The notes below the pieces were generated by a model. It worked only from the letters and a program-made list of their open reading frames with translations. It ran no database searches and was not told the origin of the DNA. Source: an uncultured Megasphaera sp. (GTDB lineage Bacteria > Bacillota > Negativicutes > Veillonellales > Megasphaeraceae). From it: 64,000 bases of DNA. Shown here one piece after another: positions 50,101 through 60,003 of this stretch. The DNA is taken from the NCBI RefSeq assembly GCF_900539295.1, contig NZ_UQBH01000005.1:2275-66274 (forward strand), read 5' to 3'. How positions within the stretch are numbered: the stretch's first letter is position 1; the number at the start of each line of letters is the position of its first letter. Made by a program: the position numbers and the translations under genes.

Positions 50101-51157
50101 GGAACACGCCTCCCCGCAAGGTGACGGGTACGTCCGAATCTACAACCTTGCCGATGACATAAGCTTTTTCATCGCGGTCAGCCAGATTCTTAAGGATGCT
50201 GTCGGCATCTTTTTCGTCGACAATCATAATCATGCCGATACCCATGTTAAAGGTGCGGTACATTTCTTTGGCATCGACGCCGCCCCACTTCTGGAGAAGC
50301 GAGAAAATCGGAAGCTGCGGCCACGACGTGACGTCGATATCGACGCCGACGCCTTTTGGCAGGACGCGGGGAATATTTTCATAGAAACCGCCGCCGGTGA
50401 TGTGAACCATGCCTTTGACGGTGAAGTTTTTGATGATGGGCAGGCACGGACGCGGATAGAGGCGGGTCGGTGTGAGCAGGCATTCGCCGATGGTCATGCC
50501 TAATTCATCGACGTACTGGTCGAGTTTCATCTGCTGGCGTTCAAAGACGATCTTACGGACCAGAGAGAAACCGTTGGAATGGACTCCTGTCGACGGAAGG
50601 CCGATGAGGACGTCGCCGGCCTTGATATTTTCGCCGGTAATGATCTTATCGCGGTCGACGATGCCGACGCCAAAGCCGGCCAAATCGTAGTCGTCTTTGG
50701 CATAGAAGCCGGCCATTTCTGCCGTTTCCCCGCCGAGGAGAGCGCAGCCCGATTCTGTACAGGCATTGGCAACCCCTTTTACGATGGAGGCGACCTGAAC
50801 CGGGTCGAGCTTGCCGACGGCGATGTAGTCGAGGAAGAACAAGGGTTCCGCTCCCTGAACGAGGACGTCATTGATGGACATGGCCACGCAGTCCTGACCT
50901 ACCGTATCGTGCTTGTCCATCAGGATGGCCAGCCGCAGTTTCGTGCCGACACCGTCGGTGCCGCTGACGAGAACGGGCTTTTTAATATCGCTGTTCATCA
51001 GCGAAAAGAGGCCGCCAAAACCGCCGAGGTCGCCGAGGACTTCCGGACGGTATGTAGCCTTGACAGAGTCTTTCATCAATTCGACGGCTTTATTGCCTGC
51101 GTCGATATCGACACCGGCATCTGCATAGGTCAATCCTTTATTTGTGTTCGAGAGCAT
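50093..51157 (-). CDS. purM: Phosphoribosylformylglycinamidine cyclo-ligase
   Basis: LTYADAGVDIDAGN... AIR synthase family; start set to MLSNTNKG. Confidence 0.9.
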   Translation of the reverse strand: MLSNTNKGLTYADAGVDIDAGNKAVELMKDSVKATYRPEVLGDLGGFGGLFSLMNSDIKKPVLVSGTDGVGTKLRLAILMDKHDTVGQDCVAMSINDVLVQGAEPLFFLDYIAVGKLDPVQVASIVKGVANACTESGCALLGGETAEMAGFYAKDDYDLAGFGVGIVDRDKIITGENIKAGDVLIGLPSTGVHSNGFSLVRKIVFERQQMKLDQYVDELGMTIGECLLTPTRLYPRPCLPIIKNFTVKGMVHITGGGFYENIPRVLPKGVGVDIDVTSWPQLPIFSLLQKWGGVDAKEMYRTFNMGIGMIMIVDEKDADSILKNLADRDEKAYVIGKVVDSDVPVTLRGGVFHD

Positions 51158-52565
51158 ATTTTTCTCCTTCCTCATTCATCTGCGGCGTATCCGTAGGATA
51201 ATCATCATTGAAGCAGGCTAAGCACATATCTTCCTGGGGAATGTGTTCAATGGCCCGGTTGAGGCCGTCGATGGAAATGAAGTGCAGCTTGTCGACGCCG
51301 ATGTATTTCTGAATCTGTTCGGGGCTGAACGTCGAAGCGATGAGTTCCTTGCGGACCGACGTGTCGATGCCGTAGAAGCAGGGATATTTAATCGGCGGTG
51401 CCGAAACGCACATATAGACTTCCTTGGCGCCGGCTTCCCGCAGGAGCTTACAGATGATGCCGCTCGTCGTTCCGCGGACGATGGAATCGTCGACCATGAC
51501 GATGCGCTTGCCCTTTACGACGGACTTGACGACGTTGAGTTTCATGCGGACAGCCAGTTCACGCTGTTTCTGGTTCGGCTTGATGAAGGTACGGCCCATG
51601 TAGCGGTTCTTGATGAGACCGTGCTTGAACGGAATTCCCGAAGCCTGAGAGTAGCCGATGGCAGCCGTATTGCCGCTATCGGGAACGGCGATAACGATAT
51701 CGGCATCGTACTGGGTTTCATTCCACATTTCACGACCCATATTTAAGCGGGCCTGATAGACATCCTGGCCGTCGATGACGCTGTCAGGACGGGCAAAATA
51801 GATATATTCAAAGGAGCAGATCTGTTTACGCGGTGCCTTGGCGAAAATCGTCGATTTGACACCGTTTTCATTGATCTGAACAAGTTCGCCGGGATGGACG
51901 TCACGGACGAATTTAGCGCCGATGGCGTCGAGGGCACACGTTTCCGAAGCCAGGACCCAGCCGCCTTCATCGGTCCGGCCGATGCACAAGGGGCGGAAGC
52001 CGTAGGGGTCGCGGACGCCGTAGAGAGTATCCTTGGTCATGAGGACCAACGAGTAGGCACCCTGGATGCGGTTCATGCTTTCCATGATGCGTTCTTCGAT
52101 GGTGTTTTTCTGGCTGCGGCTGATGAGGTTGACGATGATTTCACTATCCATAGTCGTCTGGAAAGCAGCGCCGCTGCGGTCGAGTTCTTCGCGAAGGGCG
52201 CGGGTGTTGGTCAGGTTGCCGTTATGGGCCAGAGCCAACTGTCCCATGGGCGTATAGACGGCCAAGGGCTGAATATTACGAGGATTGTTGGAACCGGTCG
52301 TCGAATAGCGGACGTGGCCGATACCGACGGGGCCTCCTTCTTCTTCCGGTACGCCGTCGGCAAAGACCGTACTGATGAGCCCCATGCCGCGGTAGGTATG
52401 GATATCCTGTCCGTCGGTCAAGGCGATGCCGCCGCTTTCCTGACCGCGGTGCTGCAAGGCAAAGAGCCCCCAATAAACGTAACGGGGGATATCAAGGTGT
52501 TTATCATAAATCCCTAAGACGCCACATTCTTCATGCTGCTTATCCCAAATCGGATCGTAAAACAT
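51138..52565 (-). CDS. purF: Amidophosphoribosyltransferase
   Basis: Ntn-hydrolase N-terminus (...EECGVLGI...) plus a PRTase domain; 475 aa. Confidence 0.9.
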   Translation of the reverse strand: MFYDPIWDKQHEECGVLGIYDKHLDIPRYVYWGLFALQHRGQESGGIALTDGQDIHTYRGMGLISTVFADGVPEEEGGPVGIGHVRYSTTGSNNPRNIQPLAVYTPMGQLALAHNGNLTNTRALREELDRSGAAFQTTMDSEIIVNLISRSQKNTIEERIMESMNRIQGAYSLVLMTKDTLYGVRDPYGFRPLCIGRTDEGGWVLASETCALDAIGAKFVRDVHPGELVQINENGVKSTIFAKAPRKQICSFEYIYFARPDSVIDGQDVYQARLNMGREMWNETQYDADIVIAVPDSGNTAAIGYSQASGIPFKHGLIKNRYMGRTFIKPNQKQRELAVRMKLNVVKSVVKGKRIVMVDDSIVRGTTSGIICKLLREAGAKEVYMCVSAPPIKYPCFYGIDTSVRKELIASTFSPEQIQKYIGVDKLHFISIDGLNRAIEHIPQEDMCLACFNDDYPTDTPQMNEEGEKYALEHK

Positions 52566-52608
52566 GAATTAAACCTCCTGTTATTGAGAAAATAGGACGC
52601 GCACACCC

Positions 52609-53103
52609 TTAGAGGGCTTTTACGTCTTCTTGTAATTTCTTGTTTTTAGCCATGACTTCATTGGCCATGTTTTCGCGATATGCCTTGTATTTCTTAGCTA
52701 ATTCGGCATCGCTGACGGCGCCGATCTGAACGGCCAAGAGGGCCGCATTCTTCGCGCCGTTAATGGCAACAGTGGCAACGGGAATCCCCGACGGCATCTG
52801 AACGATGGCCAAGAGGGCATCCATGCCCTGCAAACTGCCGCTTTCCAAAGGAACGCCGATGACCGGCAGCGTCGTGTAGCTGGCAACGACACCGGGCAAA
52901 TGAGCTGCCATGCCGGCGCCGACGACAAAGGCCCGAATACCGCGTTCTTCAGCAGTCGTAACGAATTCACGAACAGCTGCCGGCGTCCGATGAGCCGATG
53001 CCAATAAGACTTCATAGTCTACCCCAAATTCTTTAAAAATAGCTACTGCTTTTTTCATAACGGGAAAATCAGAGTCGCTCCCCATAATTAAAGCTACCTT
53101 CAT
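52609..53103 (-). CDS. purE: 5-(carboxyamino)imidazole ribonucleotide mutase / AIR carboxylase catalytic subunit
   Basis: MKVALIMGSDSDFPVM...SAHRTP PurE signature. Confidence 0.9.
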   Translation of the reverse strand: MKVALIMGSDSDFPVMKKAVAIFKEFGVDYEVLLASAHRTPAAVREFVTTAEERGIRAFVVGAGMAAHLPGVVASYTTLPVIGVPLESGSLQGMDALLAIVQMPSGIPVATVAINGAKNAALLAVQIGAVSDAELAKKYKAYRENMANEVMAKNKKLQEDVKAL

Positions 53104-53120
53104 CAGAACCCCTCCTTAGG

Positions 53121-53160
53121 AATAACAAAACCCAAAAGTGACAGAAATCACCTTTGGGCT
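53121..53160 (-). promoter_or_regulatory. Leader hairpin with T-run (attenuator/terminator-like) immediately upstream of the purE RBS
   Basis: On the minus strand: GCCCAAAGGTGA-tttctg-TCACTTTTGGG followed by TTTTGTTATT, then the TAAGGAGG RBS. This resembles a riboswitch or attenuator expression platform, but no aptamer class could be assigned. Confidence 0.4.
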
Positions 53161-53390
53161 TTTCAGTTAGATACACGGAGACTGTTTACAAACGGCATAA
53201 AAACCTGTCCATAAACATTTTGTCATAGTGCGTCTCCTCATTGATTAAAATATTTATCAAACACACTTTGATTCTATCAAAAACACACGTGACTGTCAAT
53301 GAAAATCCGCCTTTCTATGGCAAGACAGTATCCCCCACCAAGGGACTGTGTTACAATGGAATAAAGATGCGATGGAACGGAGGAATACCG

Positions 53391-55922
53391 ATGAATTTAA
53401 ATGAGAAGCAGCAGCAGGTCGTGAATGAGCTGTCAGAGTCGATTTTACTCAACGCCCCGGCCGGAACCGGCAAGACCCGGGTCCTGGCAGCCAGGGTTGC
53501 CAATATATTGGCCCAAAAGAAGGCCAAGGGCTCGGAAATCCTATGCCTGACCTTCACCAACCGAGCCTGCAAGGAACTGAAGAACCGCATCATCGACACG
53601 GTACCGGAAGAAGGCTTCGCCGTCACGGTAAAGACCATTCACAGTTTCTGCTACAGCCTCATCAAAGAAGAGACGAAACGGCAGAGCGACCGATACCATG
53701 ATTTCCTGATCTATGACGACGAAGACTGTAAACAACTCCTCGCTTCCATAGACCTTACGAGAACGACACCGCGTCCGGCATTACAGGAACTTCAGACCTT
53801 CATCGAATTTGAAAAAAAGAAACGCGTCATCCCCGGCCTGCGCGATTTCACCAATATTCAGGATGACCTCAAGGGTTGGCTCGCAGACTACGGCGAAGAC
53901 CTTGTTTGGGAATACGATATCGCCCTTGCCGACAACCATGCCATCGATTTTACCGACCTCATTACCGGGGCCTATGAATTTCTCCAAGACGATGCCGTCT
54001 GCCGCCGCTGGCGGGAACGGTACCGCTTTATCTCAGTCGACGAAATGCAGGATACGAGTGAAGTCGAATATACCGTCATCAGCCGCCTCTTTCCGGGCCG
54101 CAACATTCTCCTCTGCGGCGACTACTTCCAAACCATTTACGAATGGCGCGGCTCCTATCCTCAATACATTTGGCAAGAGTTTAGAAACGACTATCAGCCT
54201 CTGGAAGTTACCTTCACCACCAATTACCGGGCCACTCAGCTCTTGCTGGAAGCTTCTCAGTCCTTCTTATTCCGCACCTTGGGGAAAGTGACCGTCCAGA
54301 GCATCTATACCGAGCCGGGCATTTCGGCCTCAAAGGATTGCGGCGCCCCCATCGTCCTCCATAAAGCCGGCACCGGGTTCGAGGAAGCCCGCTGGATTTT
54401 CCGGGAAATCAAAGCCCTTCCTCCGGAAGAACGCCTGAAGGCCTGCATCCTCGTCCGCGACAACCGCCAGGCTAAGCTGATCTGGATGGGCATTACGTCG
54501 CATAACCAAAAGTACCCGCAAGACCAGCAGCTGCCGGTCACCTGCATCGACCAATTCCACCTGTTTAAGCGGCAGGAATGCAAAGACGTCCTGGCTTATC
54601 TGCGCCTCGTGCTCAATAAACACGACAACCTCAGCCTGAAGCGAGTCGTCCAACGCTTCGTCCCCCGCATCGGCCGACGTACCCTGGAAACCATCGAAAG
54701 CGATTCCTATCGAAAGGTCGGCCTCATGCTCAGCGACTTCATCGACCCCCTGTCCCACCAAGGGGGTGACCCTTACGGGCTCCTACTGACGGCACTCGCC
54801 GAAGGACGGCTGGTCGTCTTCGACGTCGAAAGTACAGGCACCGACACGACGCAGGATGAAATCATCCAAATCGCTGCCATCCGCCTCGATGCGAAAGGGC
54901 AGCCCATCGATAAGTTCAACACTTATGTAAAAGCCGGACGATCCGTCGGCACGTCGTACTACGTCCATCACATCAGCGACGAAAAACTGGCCGCTGAAGG
55001 GATTCCTCCGAAAGAAGCCCTGACAAAATTCTTGGCCTTTGCAAAAAATGCCGTCATCGTCGGCCACAACGTCACCTACGACTTATCCATCCTCCAAAGC
55101 GAACTGCAGCGCCTGGGAATTTCCGAAAGTGCCGACTTTCCCTACTACGATACCCTCGACATCTACCGCCGCTTTTACCCCACCTTGCTCAACCATAAGT
55201 TAGAGACCTTGAGCCGCCTCTTCCCCAGCGGCCACAAGCCGACACACGACGCCTTTGACGATATTTTGGCTACAGCCGGGCTCCTGATCCATGCCATAAA
55301 GGAAAAGATTCGCCCGACGGAAACAGCCCGCCGGGCCGCTATGGCCATCTATCTCCCCCTCTTTGCCCCCTTCAGCCGAGAAATGGACGCTTTGCGGCGC
55401 TTATCCTATCAGGCACGGCCCACGAAAATGATTACGTCCGTCATGAATGACAACGGCGTCAAAGCCTGGTATCAAACACATCGTGACACCTCCGACAGAG
55501 ACAACCACATCGATCGCTTGGAAAACATCCGTAAGCTCTACCGCATCGCCAAAGAAACAGACGACGCCGAACAGAATCCGCGCGATGCCCTGACCGAATT
55601 TCTCAAGATGACGGCCCTTTCGAACAGCGAGCTCGACAGCATGCTGGCCAAGGACCCGAAAATACCGATTATCACCATTCACCAAGCCAAAGGCCTTGAA
55701 TTCGACTACGTCTTTATGGCCAGTTTAGAAGACCATGTCTTCCCGACTTATTGGGCCCGTCAAAAAGGGGATATTGAAGAAGAAAAACGCCTCTTTTATG
55801 TCGCCATGACGCGAGCAAAAAAGAGGCTGTATCTCAGCTGGCACCAAGGATTTGGCCGGCAGAGCTATCTGCCGAGCCGCTTCTTGAATGGTGTCAATCG
55901 GGACTATTGTGAAATCAGATAA
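53391..55922 (+). CDS. UvrD/PcrA-family superfamily-1 helicase with an inserted DnaQ-like DEDDh 3'-5' exonuclease domain
   Basis: Walker A NAPAGTGKT and motif II DEMQDTS in the N-terminal half. Exo motifs VVFDVESTG, VGHNVTYDLSIL and HKPTHDAFDD at about aa 480-650. UvrD C-terminal motif TIHQAKGLEFDYVFM. Start set to the ATG with a GGAGGAA RBS. Confidence 0.75.
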   Translation: MNLNEKQQQVVNELSESILLNAPAGTGKTRVLAARVANILAQKKAKGSEILCLTFTNRACKELKNRIIDTVPEEGFAVTVKTIHSFCYSLIKEETKRQSDRYHDFLIYDDEDCKQLLASIDLTRTTPRPALQELQTFIEFEKKKRVIPGLRDFTNIQDDLKGWLADYGEDLVWEYDIALADNHAIDFTDLITGAYEFLQDDAVCRRWRERYRFISVDEMQDTSEVEYTVISRLFPGRNILLCGDYFQTIYEWRGSYPQYIWQEFRNDYQPLEVTFTTNYRATQLLLEASQSFLFRTLGKVTVQSIYTEPGISASKDCGAPIVLHKAGTGFEEARWIFREIKALPPEERLKACILVRDNRQAKLIWMGITSHNQKYPQDQQLPVTCIDQFHLFKRQECKDVLAYLRLVLNKHDNLSLKRVVQRFVPRIGRRTLETIESDSYRKVGLMLSDFIDPLSHQGGDPYGLLLTALAEGRLVVFDVESTGTDTTQDEIIQIAAIRLDAKGQPIDKFNTYVKAGRSVGTSYYVHHISDEKLAAEGIPPKEALTKFLAFAKNAVIVGHNVTYDLSILQSELQRLGISESADFPYYDTLDIYRRFYPTLLNHKLETLSRLFPSGHKPTHDAFDDILATAGLLIHAIKEKIRPTETARRAAMAIYLPLFAPFSREMDALRRLSYQARPTKMITSVMNDNGVKAWYQTHRDTSDRDNHIDRLENIRKLYRIAKETDDAEQNPRDALTEFLKMTALSNSELDSMLAKDPKIPIITIHQAKGLEFDYVFMASLEDHVFPTYWARQKGDIEEEKRLFYVAMTRAKKRLYLSWHQGFGRQSYLPSRFLNGVNRDYCEIR

Positions 55923-56481
55923 GACCGGCCATTCCCAGTACCAGGCCCAAGACGCCGGACCCGAGGAGAACCTTGATGACGCCGATGCCTTTACGGGTTG
56001 CCACGATGGCGGCGATGAGGATGACGAGCCCGCCGCGGCTGAAGGCCAGCCAATCAGAGGGCAGCTCTTCCGTATTCCATAAAGCCAGGAGGATGAAGCT
56101 CAGGCTGGCTACGCATATGAGGGCTACGACGGCCGGACGAAGGCCGTTCAAGATGCCGCGGATCGGTCCGATATCACCGTACTTCAAAAAGATGCGGGCT
56201 AAGAAGATGCCCAAGAAAAAGGACGGCGTTACAAAGCCCAGCGTCGCTACGACGGCACCGCCAAGACCGGCGATGCGGGTGCCGACAAAGGTCGCCGCAT
56301 TGATGCCGATCGGCCCCGGCGTCATCTGCGAAATCGTAAAGATATCGACGAATTCACTCATGGTCAGCCAGTGAAAGGTATCGACGACACTGGCCTGAAT
56401 GAGCGGCATGGATGCATAGCCGCCGCCGACACAGAAGATGCCGACCTTAAAAAATTCCCAAAAGAGCAAGGCATAAATCAT
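55915..56481 (-). CDS. chrA: Chromate transporter ChrA half-protein (short-chain CHR)
   Basis: 188-aa CHR domain with 6 transmembrane segments, adjacent to a second half-size chrA. Confidence 0.8.
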   Translation of the reverse strand: MIYALLFWEFFKVGIFCVGGGYASMPLIQASVVDTFHWLTMSEFVDIFTISQMTPGPIGINAATFVGTRIAGLGGAVVATLGFVTPSFFLGIFLARIFLKYGDIGPIRGILNGLRPAVVALICVASLSFILLALWNTEELPSDWLAFSRGGLVILIAAIVATRKGIGVIKVLLGSGVLGLVLGMAGLI

Positions 56482-56492
56482 GACGGCACCCC

Positions 56493-57074
56493 CTAGTTAT
56501 ACAGCGCATCGCGCATAAATAAGAAACCGATGATGCCGTCGATGAGGATGAGCACCATGATATTGGTATCGAAGAACAGGTTGGCTACGAAAGTACCGAT
56601 GATGATGAGCAGCGGCAGGATCAGTTTTTTCCTGCCCTGCTTGACCAACAGGTCGATGCCGACATTGACGATGAGAGCCGTCGCCCCGCACTGCATACCG
56701 CGGAGGACCATTTTGATATAGGCATTTTGAATGAAATAATCATAACTGTACGAGATAATGGTCAGGGTAATCAAACAGGGCAGAACCGTTGCGACAAGGG
56801 CCACCAAGGTCCCCAGGACCCCTGCCATGCGGTAGCCGAGGATGACGGCACTGTTGACGGCGACGACACCCGGCATAGACTGGGCAATGGCAACCATATC
56901 GAGGGTATCCTTATCGCTGATCCAGTGGTATTCGTCGACGTACTTGCCCTTGAGCAGGGGAATGATGACGAAGCCGCCGCCGACGGTAAAGGCGCTGATT
57001 AAAAAGGTCGATTTGAAGAGAGTCCAATAAAAATGGGCGTCTCGTTTCGGTGTGACAAGGTCCATGAGTTTCAT
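56493..57074 (-). CDS. chrA: Chromate transporter ChrA half-protein (short-chain CHR)
   Basis: 193-aa CHR domain; paired with the downstream chrA as in the B. subtilis ywrA/ywrB pair. Confidence 0.8.
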   Translation of the reverse strand: MKLMDLVTPKRDAHFYWTLFKSTFLISAFTVGGGFVIIPLLKGKYVDEYHWISDKDTLDMVAIAQSMPGVVAVNSAVILGYRMAGVLGTLVALVATVLPCLITLTIISYSYDYFIQNAYIKMVLRGMQCGATALIVNVGIDLLVKQGRKKLILPLLIIIGTFVANLFFDTNIMVLILIDGIIGFLFMRDALYN

Positions 57075-57196
57075 CCTTTCTGAAAATAAATGGATTTTTT
57101 ACATGGCTAGTATACCATAGGTGTATCTATATTGAAAATATTTGTATCATTGCTATAATATACGTAAATCATATACCACAAAAAGGAGTATCCCTT

Positions 57197-58063
57197 ATGG
57201 ACCTTCGCCAACTCACGTATTTCTTAGCCATCGCCGAAGAAGGCCAGATCACAGCGGCCGCTCGGCGTCTAAATATGGCCCAACCGCCTTTGAGCCAGCA
57301 AATGAAAGCCCTGGAAGAAGAACTGGGTGTCGAACTCTTTCTGCGGGAACCGCGCAGCGTCACCTTGACCGATGCCGGCGAAATCCTCTACCGCCGGGCC
57401 CGCCAGCTCATTACCCTCGCCGACTCGACGCGCCGCGAAATCGGCGACTTTAAAAACGGCCTGCGGGGCACCTTAGCCATCGGCACCGTCTCGTCATCGG
57501 GCAGCGTCATCCTCCGGCCGGCCCTGCGGCAGTTTCACGACAGCCACCGCGGCATCCGCTTTGAAATCTACGACGGCAACACCTTCCATGTCTTAGACAT
57601 GCTGCGAAAAGGCCTGATTGAAATCGGCATCGTCCGAACCCCCTTTAAGCAGGAATCCTTCGACTGCACCTTTTTACCGGAAGAGCCTATGGTCCTGGCC
57701 TATGGCGGAAAAGATCCGAAGCCTGACAAAGAAACCCTTGCCATCGGCGATTTAGAAGGCCTGCCGCTCATCGTCTACCGCCGCTTCAACCAGCTTCTCC
57801 TCGACGTCTGCGAAGGCCATAACGTAACGCCGTCCATCATCTGCCGCAACGACGATGCCCGGACGACCCTCCTCTGGGCCGAAGCCGGACTGGGCTATGC
57901 CGTCGTTCCAGCATCAGCCCTGTCTCGTGGACGATTGACGACACTGAAAACGAAGGTCATCGACGAACCGCTTCTTCGCACTCGCCTGGCCGTCATCACG
58001 GCCAAACATCGCTACCTGTCCGGCATTGCCGGCCAATTCATCGAAGCCTTAACCAAAGCCTGA
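57197..58063 (+). CDS. LysR family transcriptional regulator, divergent from the chrA pair
   Basis: MDLRQLTYFLAIAEEGQITAAARRLNMAQPPLSQQM LysR HTH. Confidence 0.85.
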   Translation: MDLRQLTYFLAIAEEGQITAAARRLNMAQPPLSQQMKALEEELGVELFLREPRSVTLTDAGEILYRRARQLITLADSTRREIGDFKNGLRGTLAIGTVSSSGSVILRPALRQFHDSHRGIRFEIYDGNTFHVLDMLRKGLIEIGIVRTPFKQESFDCTFLPEEPMVLAYGGKDPKPDKETLAIGDLEGLPLIVYRRFNQLLLDVCEGHNVTPSIICRNDDARTTLLWAEAGLGYAVVPASALSRGRLTTLKTKVIDEPLLRTRLAVITAKHRYLSGIAGQFIEALTKA

Positions 58064-58066
58064 GGA

Positions 58067-58573
58067 TTATTCCTTAACGGCCAAGCCCTCCAAATGCAGG
58101 AGGGCTATTTTTTTATCGATACCGCCGGCATAGCCCGTCGCCTTGCCGCTGGCCCCTAAGACACGGTGGCAGGGAATGATGACCGAAATGGGATTATGAC
58201 CGACAGCGCCGCCAACGGCCTGGGCCGACATGGCCTTCCCCGTCTGAGCTTCAATGGTTTTAGCCAGGGTGCCGTAAGTCGTCGTCTGGCCGTAAGGAAT
58301 CTGGCAGAGAAGGCCCCACACGCGGCGTCGGAATTCATTGCCTTCCGGTGCCAAAGGCAGGGTCATGATAGCCGGCATACGACCGGCAAAGTAATCATCA
58401 AGCCAATGGGCAGCCTTCTGCAGCACCGGCGTTTCTTTCACCGTCACCTCAACCCCCTTCAATCCGTCCCTATCATATTTCTGCCCGTCAAACCAAAGGC
58501 CGACCAAGGCCGTTTCATTGGCAGCTATGGTCATCGCCCCTAAAGGCGACGCATAGCCCATCGTATAATACAT
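58067..58573 (-). CDS. ogt: Methylated-DNA--protein-cysteine methyltransferase
   Basis: Active-site PCHRV motif and the DNA-binding helix; 168 aa. Confidence 0.85.
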   Translation of the reverse strand: MYYTMGYASPLGAMTIAANETALVGLWFDGQKYDRDGLKGVEVTVKETPVLQKAAHWLDDYFAGRMPAIMTLPLAPEGNEFRRRVWGLLCQIPYGQTTTYGTLAKTIEAQTGKAMSAQAVGGAVGHNPISVIIPCHRVLGASGKATGYAGGIDKKIALLHLEGLAVKE

Positions 58574-58823
58574 CGTAAGTACATCCTTTCGATTATTGTG
58601 GTCAATCGTTACCTTTTAATTTTCACCTCACGGCTATTGTCTATACCGTTCAATCGGTTCTCAATAATTCCTAATTTGTAAATCTCGTCATTCGACCACC
58701 TTACCATAATATATATTCCACGTATTAAAAGAATCAATATTGAAGAAAAATCCTGTAGTTATAATGTTTCTCTCCACCCATTTCCATTTTATACCTTTCA
58801 TCTCCGCGAGATAAATCCAATCC

Positions 58824-59765
58824 TCAAATCGTTGAATGTTCCTGCAAATATTTAACGCTTTCACTGATCATAACCTTACCCGGTGCATACTGTGAAAAAT
58901 CACTATCCATGGCTACGATGGGAAAAACAATTTCATCAAAATTAGTGAGGAAACCGCTCATAAAAGCAGCCGGGCGATTATTCAAAAATAGGCAAAAGGT
59001 ATAATGCGAATCCATCTTTTCCATAGCCCATGTCAAAGCAGAAAAATATCGATGCTTAAGGAATGGAAAAAAATCTCGCTTGCGGTGTTTTCGTTCTGAC
59101 TCTCTCTTCGTATAAATTCTCATCAAACTTGATAAAAGTTCTTTATTCTCGATAGGTCCCCGAATTACTTCCAAACGAATCTCGGCATTCGTTTTCTTTG
59201 CTTTATTGTAAGCCTTATGGAGGTTAGACCTGGAATTACGGGATAAACCCTGAAAATAACTTTCGTACTCATCTGGAAACATTACCTTAACACAGACTCG
59301 GTCCATTTCCATTTTCATACAGTACTGTTCAGACAACTCATTTTGATGCTGCATGAAGAAATGATAGAGTCGAGAGCGCTGATTTATTTTATAAAGTCTC
59401 AGTTCCATCCCACGAAATTGTTGACCTAACTCGTTTAAAGCCGAAAAAATCTGTTCGTCTGCAATATTTTTATCATAAATAAAATCTAAATTACCAGCCC
59501 CGCTAATATTTTCGCCAAAAATATAGACCTTATTCTTTTTGACAAATACCGGAATTACCATCAACGGCCTCGTCGGTTCCTTCTCCGCATAATAAATAAA
59601 GAAATGGTCTTTTTGGCGCAACGTTGTGGGTTTTACTTTTTTATATTTAAAAATATATTCATTATATTCTCTAGACGAGTAAGGAAACACATACGCATTC
59701 TCTTGATACAGTTTTTTCCAAGTCTCTGTCAAAGTCGAACTTTTCCAGTCATACTCAATCAACAC
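58824..59765 (-). CDS. GNAT-fold acyl/acetyltransferase (CelD/BioF2-like or FemAB-like), low-GC
   Basis: 313 aa, about 33% GC; the C-terminal fold pattern resembles PF13480-type GNATs. Family call is moderate. Confidence 0.45.
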   Translation of the reverse strand: MLIEYDWKSSTLTETWKKLYQENAYVFPYSSREYNEYIFKYKKVKPTTLRQKDHFFIYYAEKEPTRPLMVIPVFVKKNKVYIFGENISGAGNLDFIYDKNIADEQIFSALNELGQQFRGMELRLYKINQRSRLYHFFMQHQNELSEQYCMKMEMDRVCVKVMFPDEYESYFQGLSRNSRSNLHKAYNKAKKTNAEIRLEVIRGPIENKELLSSLMRIYTKRESERKHRKRDFFPFLKHRYFSALTWAMEKMDSHYTFCLFLNNRPAAFMSGFLTNFDEIVFPIVAMDSDFSQYAPGKVMISESVKYLQEHSTI

Positions 59766-59795
59766 TCCAACATTCCTCCAATGAACGAAAAAATA

Positions 59796-60003
59796 CTATG
59801 CATAGTATTTTTTATACCAAGCAGCAAACTGTTCCAGCCCTTCTTCAATCGTCGTTTCCGGCTTAAAATCAAAGTCGCGCTGCAATTCGCTGACGTCAGC
59901 ATAAGTCTGATAGACGTCGCCGGCCTGCATAGGCAGATATTCTTTTTCTGCAAAAAAATTATCAGGACACATATAAAAAAGCTCATAAAGATGGCCTCTA
60001 CAC
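59796..60003 (-). pseudogene. Remnant 3' end of an NAD-dependent sugar-nucleotide epimerase gene (host-like GC), trapped between low-GC genes
   Basis: Minus-strand frame gives ...NFFAEKEYLPMQAGDVYQTYADVSELQRDFDFKPETTIEEGLEQFAAWYKKYYA*, matching the conserved C-terminus of UDP-glucuronate/WbpP-type epimerases (YLPMQPGDV..TYADV..L......P.T...EGL..F..WY..YY). About 50% GC against about 33% for its neighbours. There is no N-terminal part, because the LtaS-like gene stop abuts it. Confidence 0.55.

Noticed and set aside
53161-53240. Purine riboswitch aptamer upstream of purE
   Set aside because: I tried to fit the conserved P1/J1-2/L2/L3/J3-1 cores (UAUA...AUAUGG...GUUUCUACC...CCGUAAAU...GACUAUG) and found only partial, poorly ordered matches. 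Only the terminator-like hairpin is reported.
53241-53390. 50-aa N-terminal extension of the helicase ORF
   Set aside because: The ATG at 53391 has a GGAGGAA RBS and starts just before the Walker A region. The upstream part overlaps the structured purE leader on the other strand.
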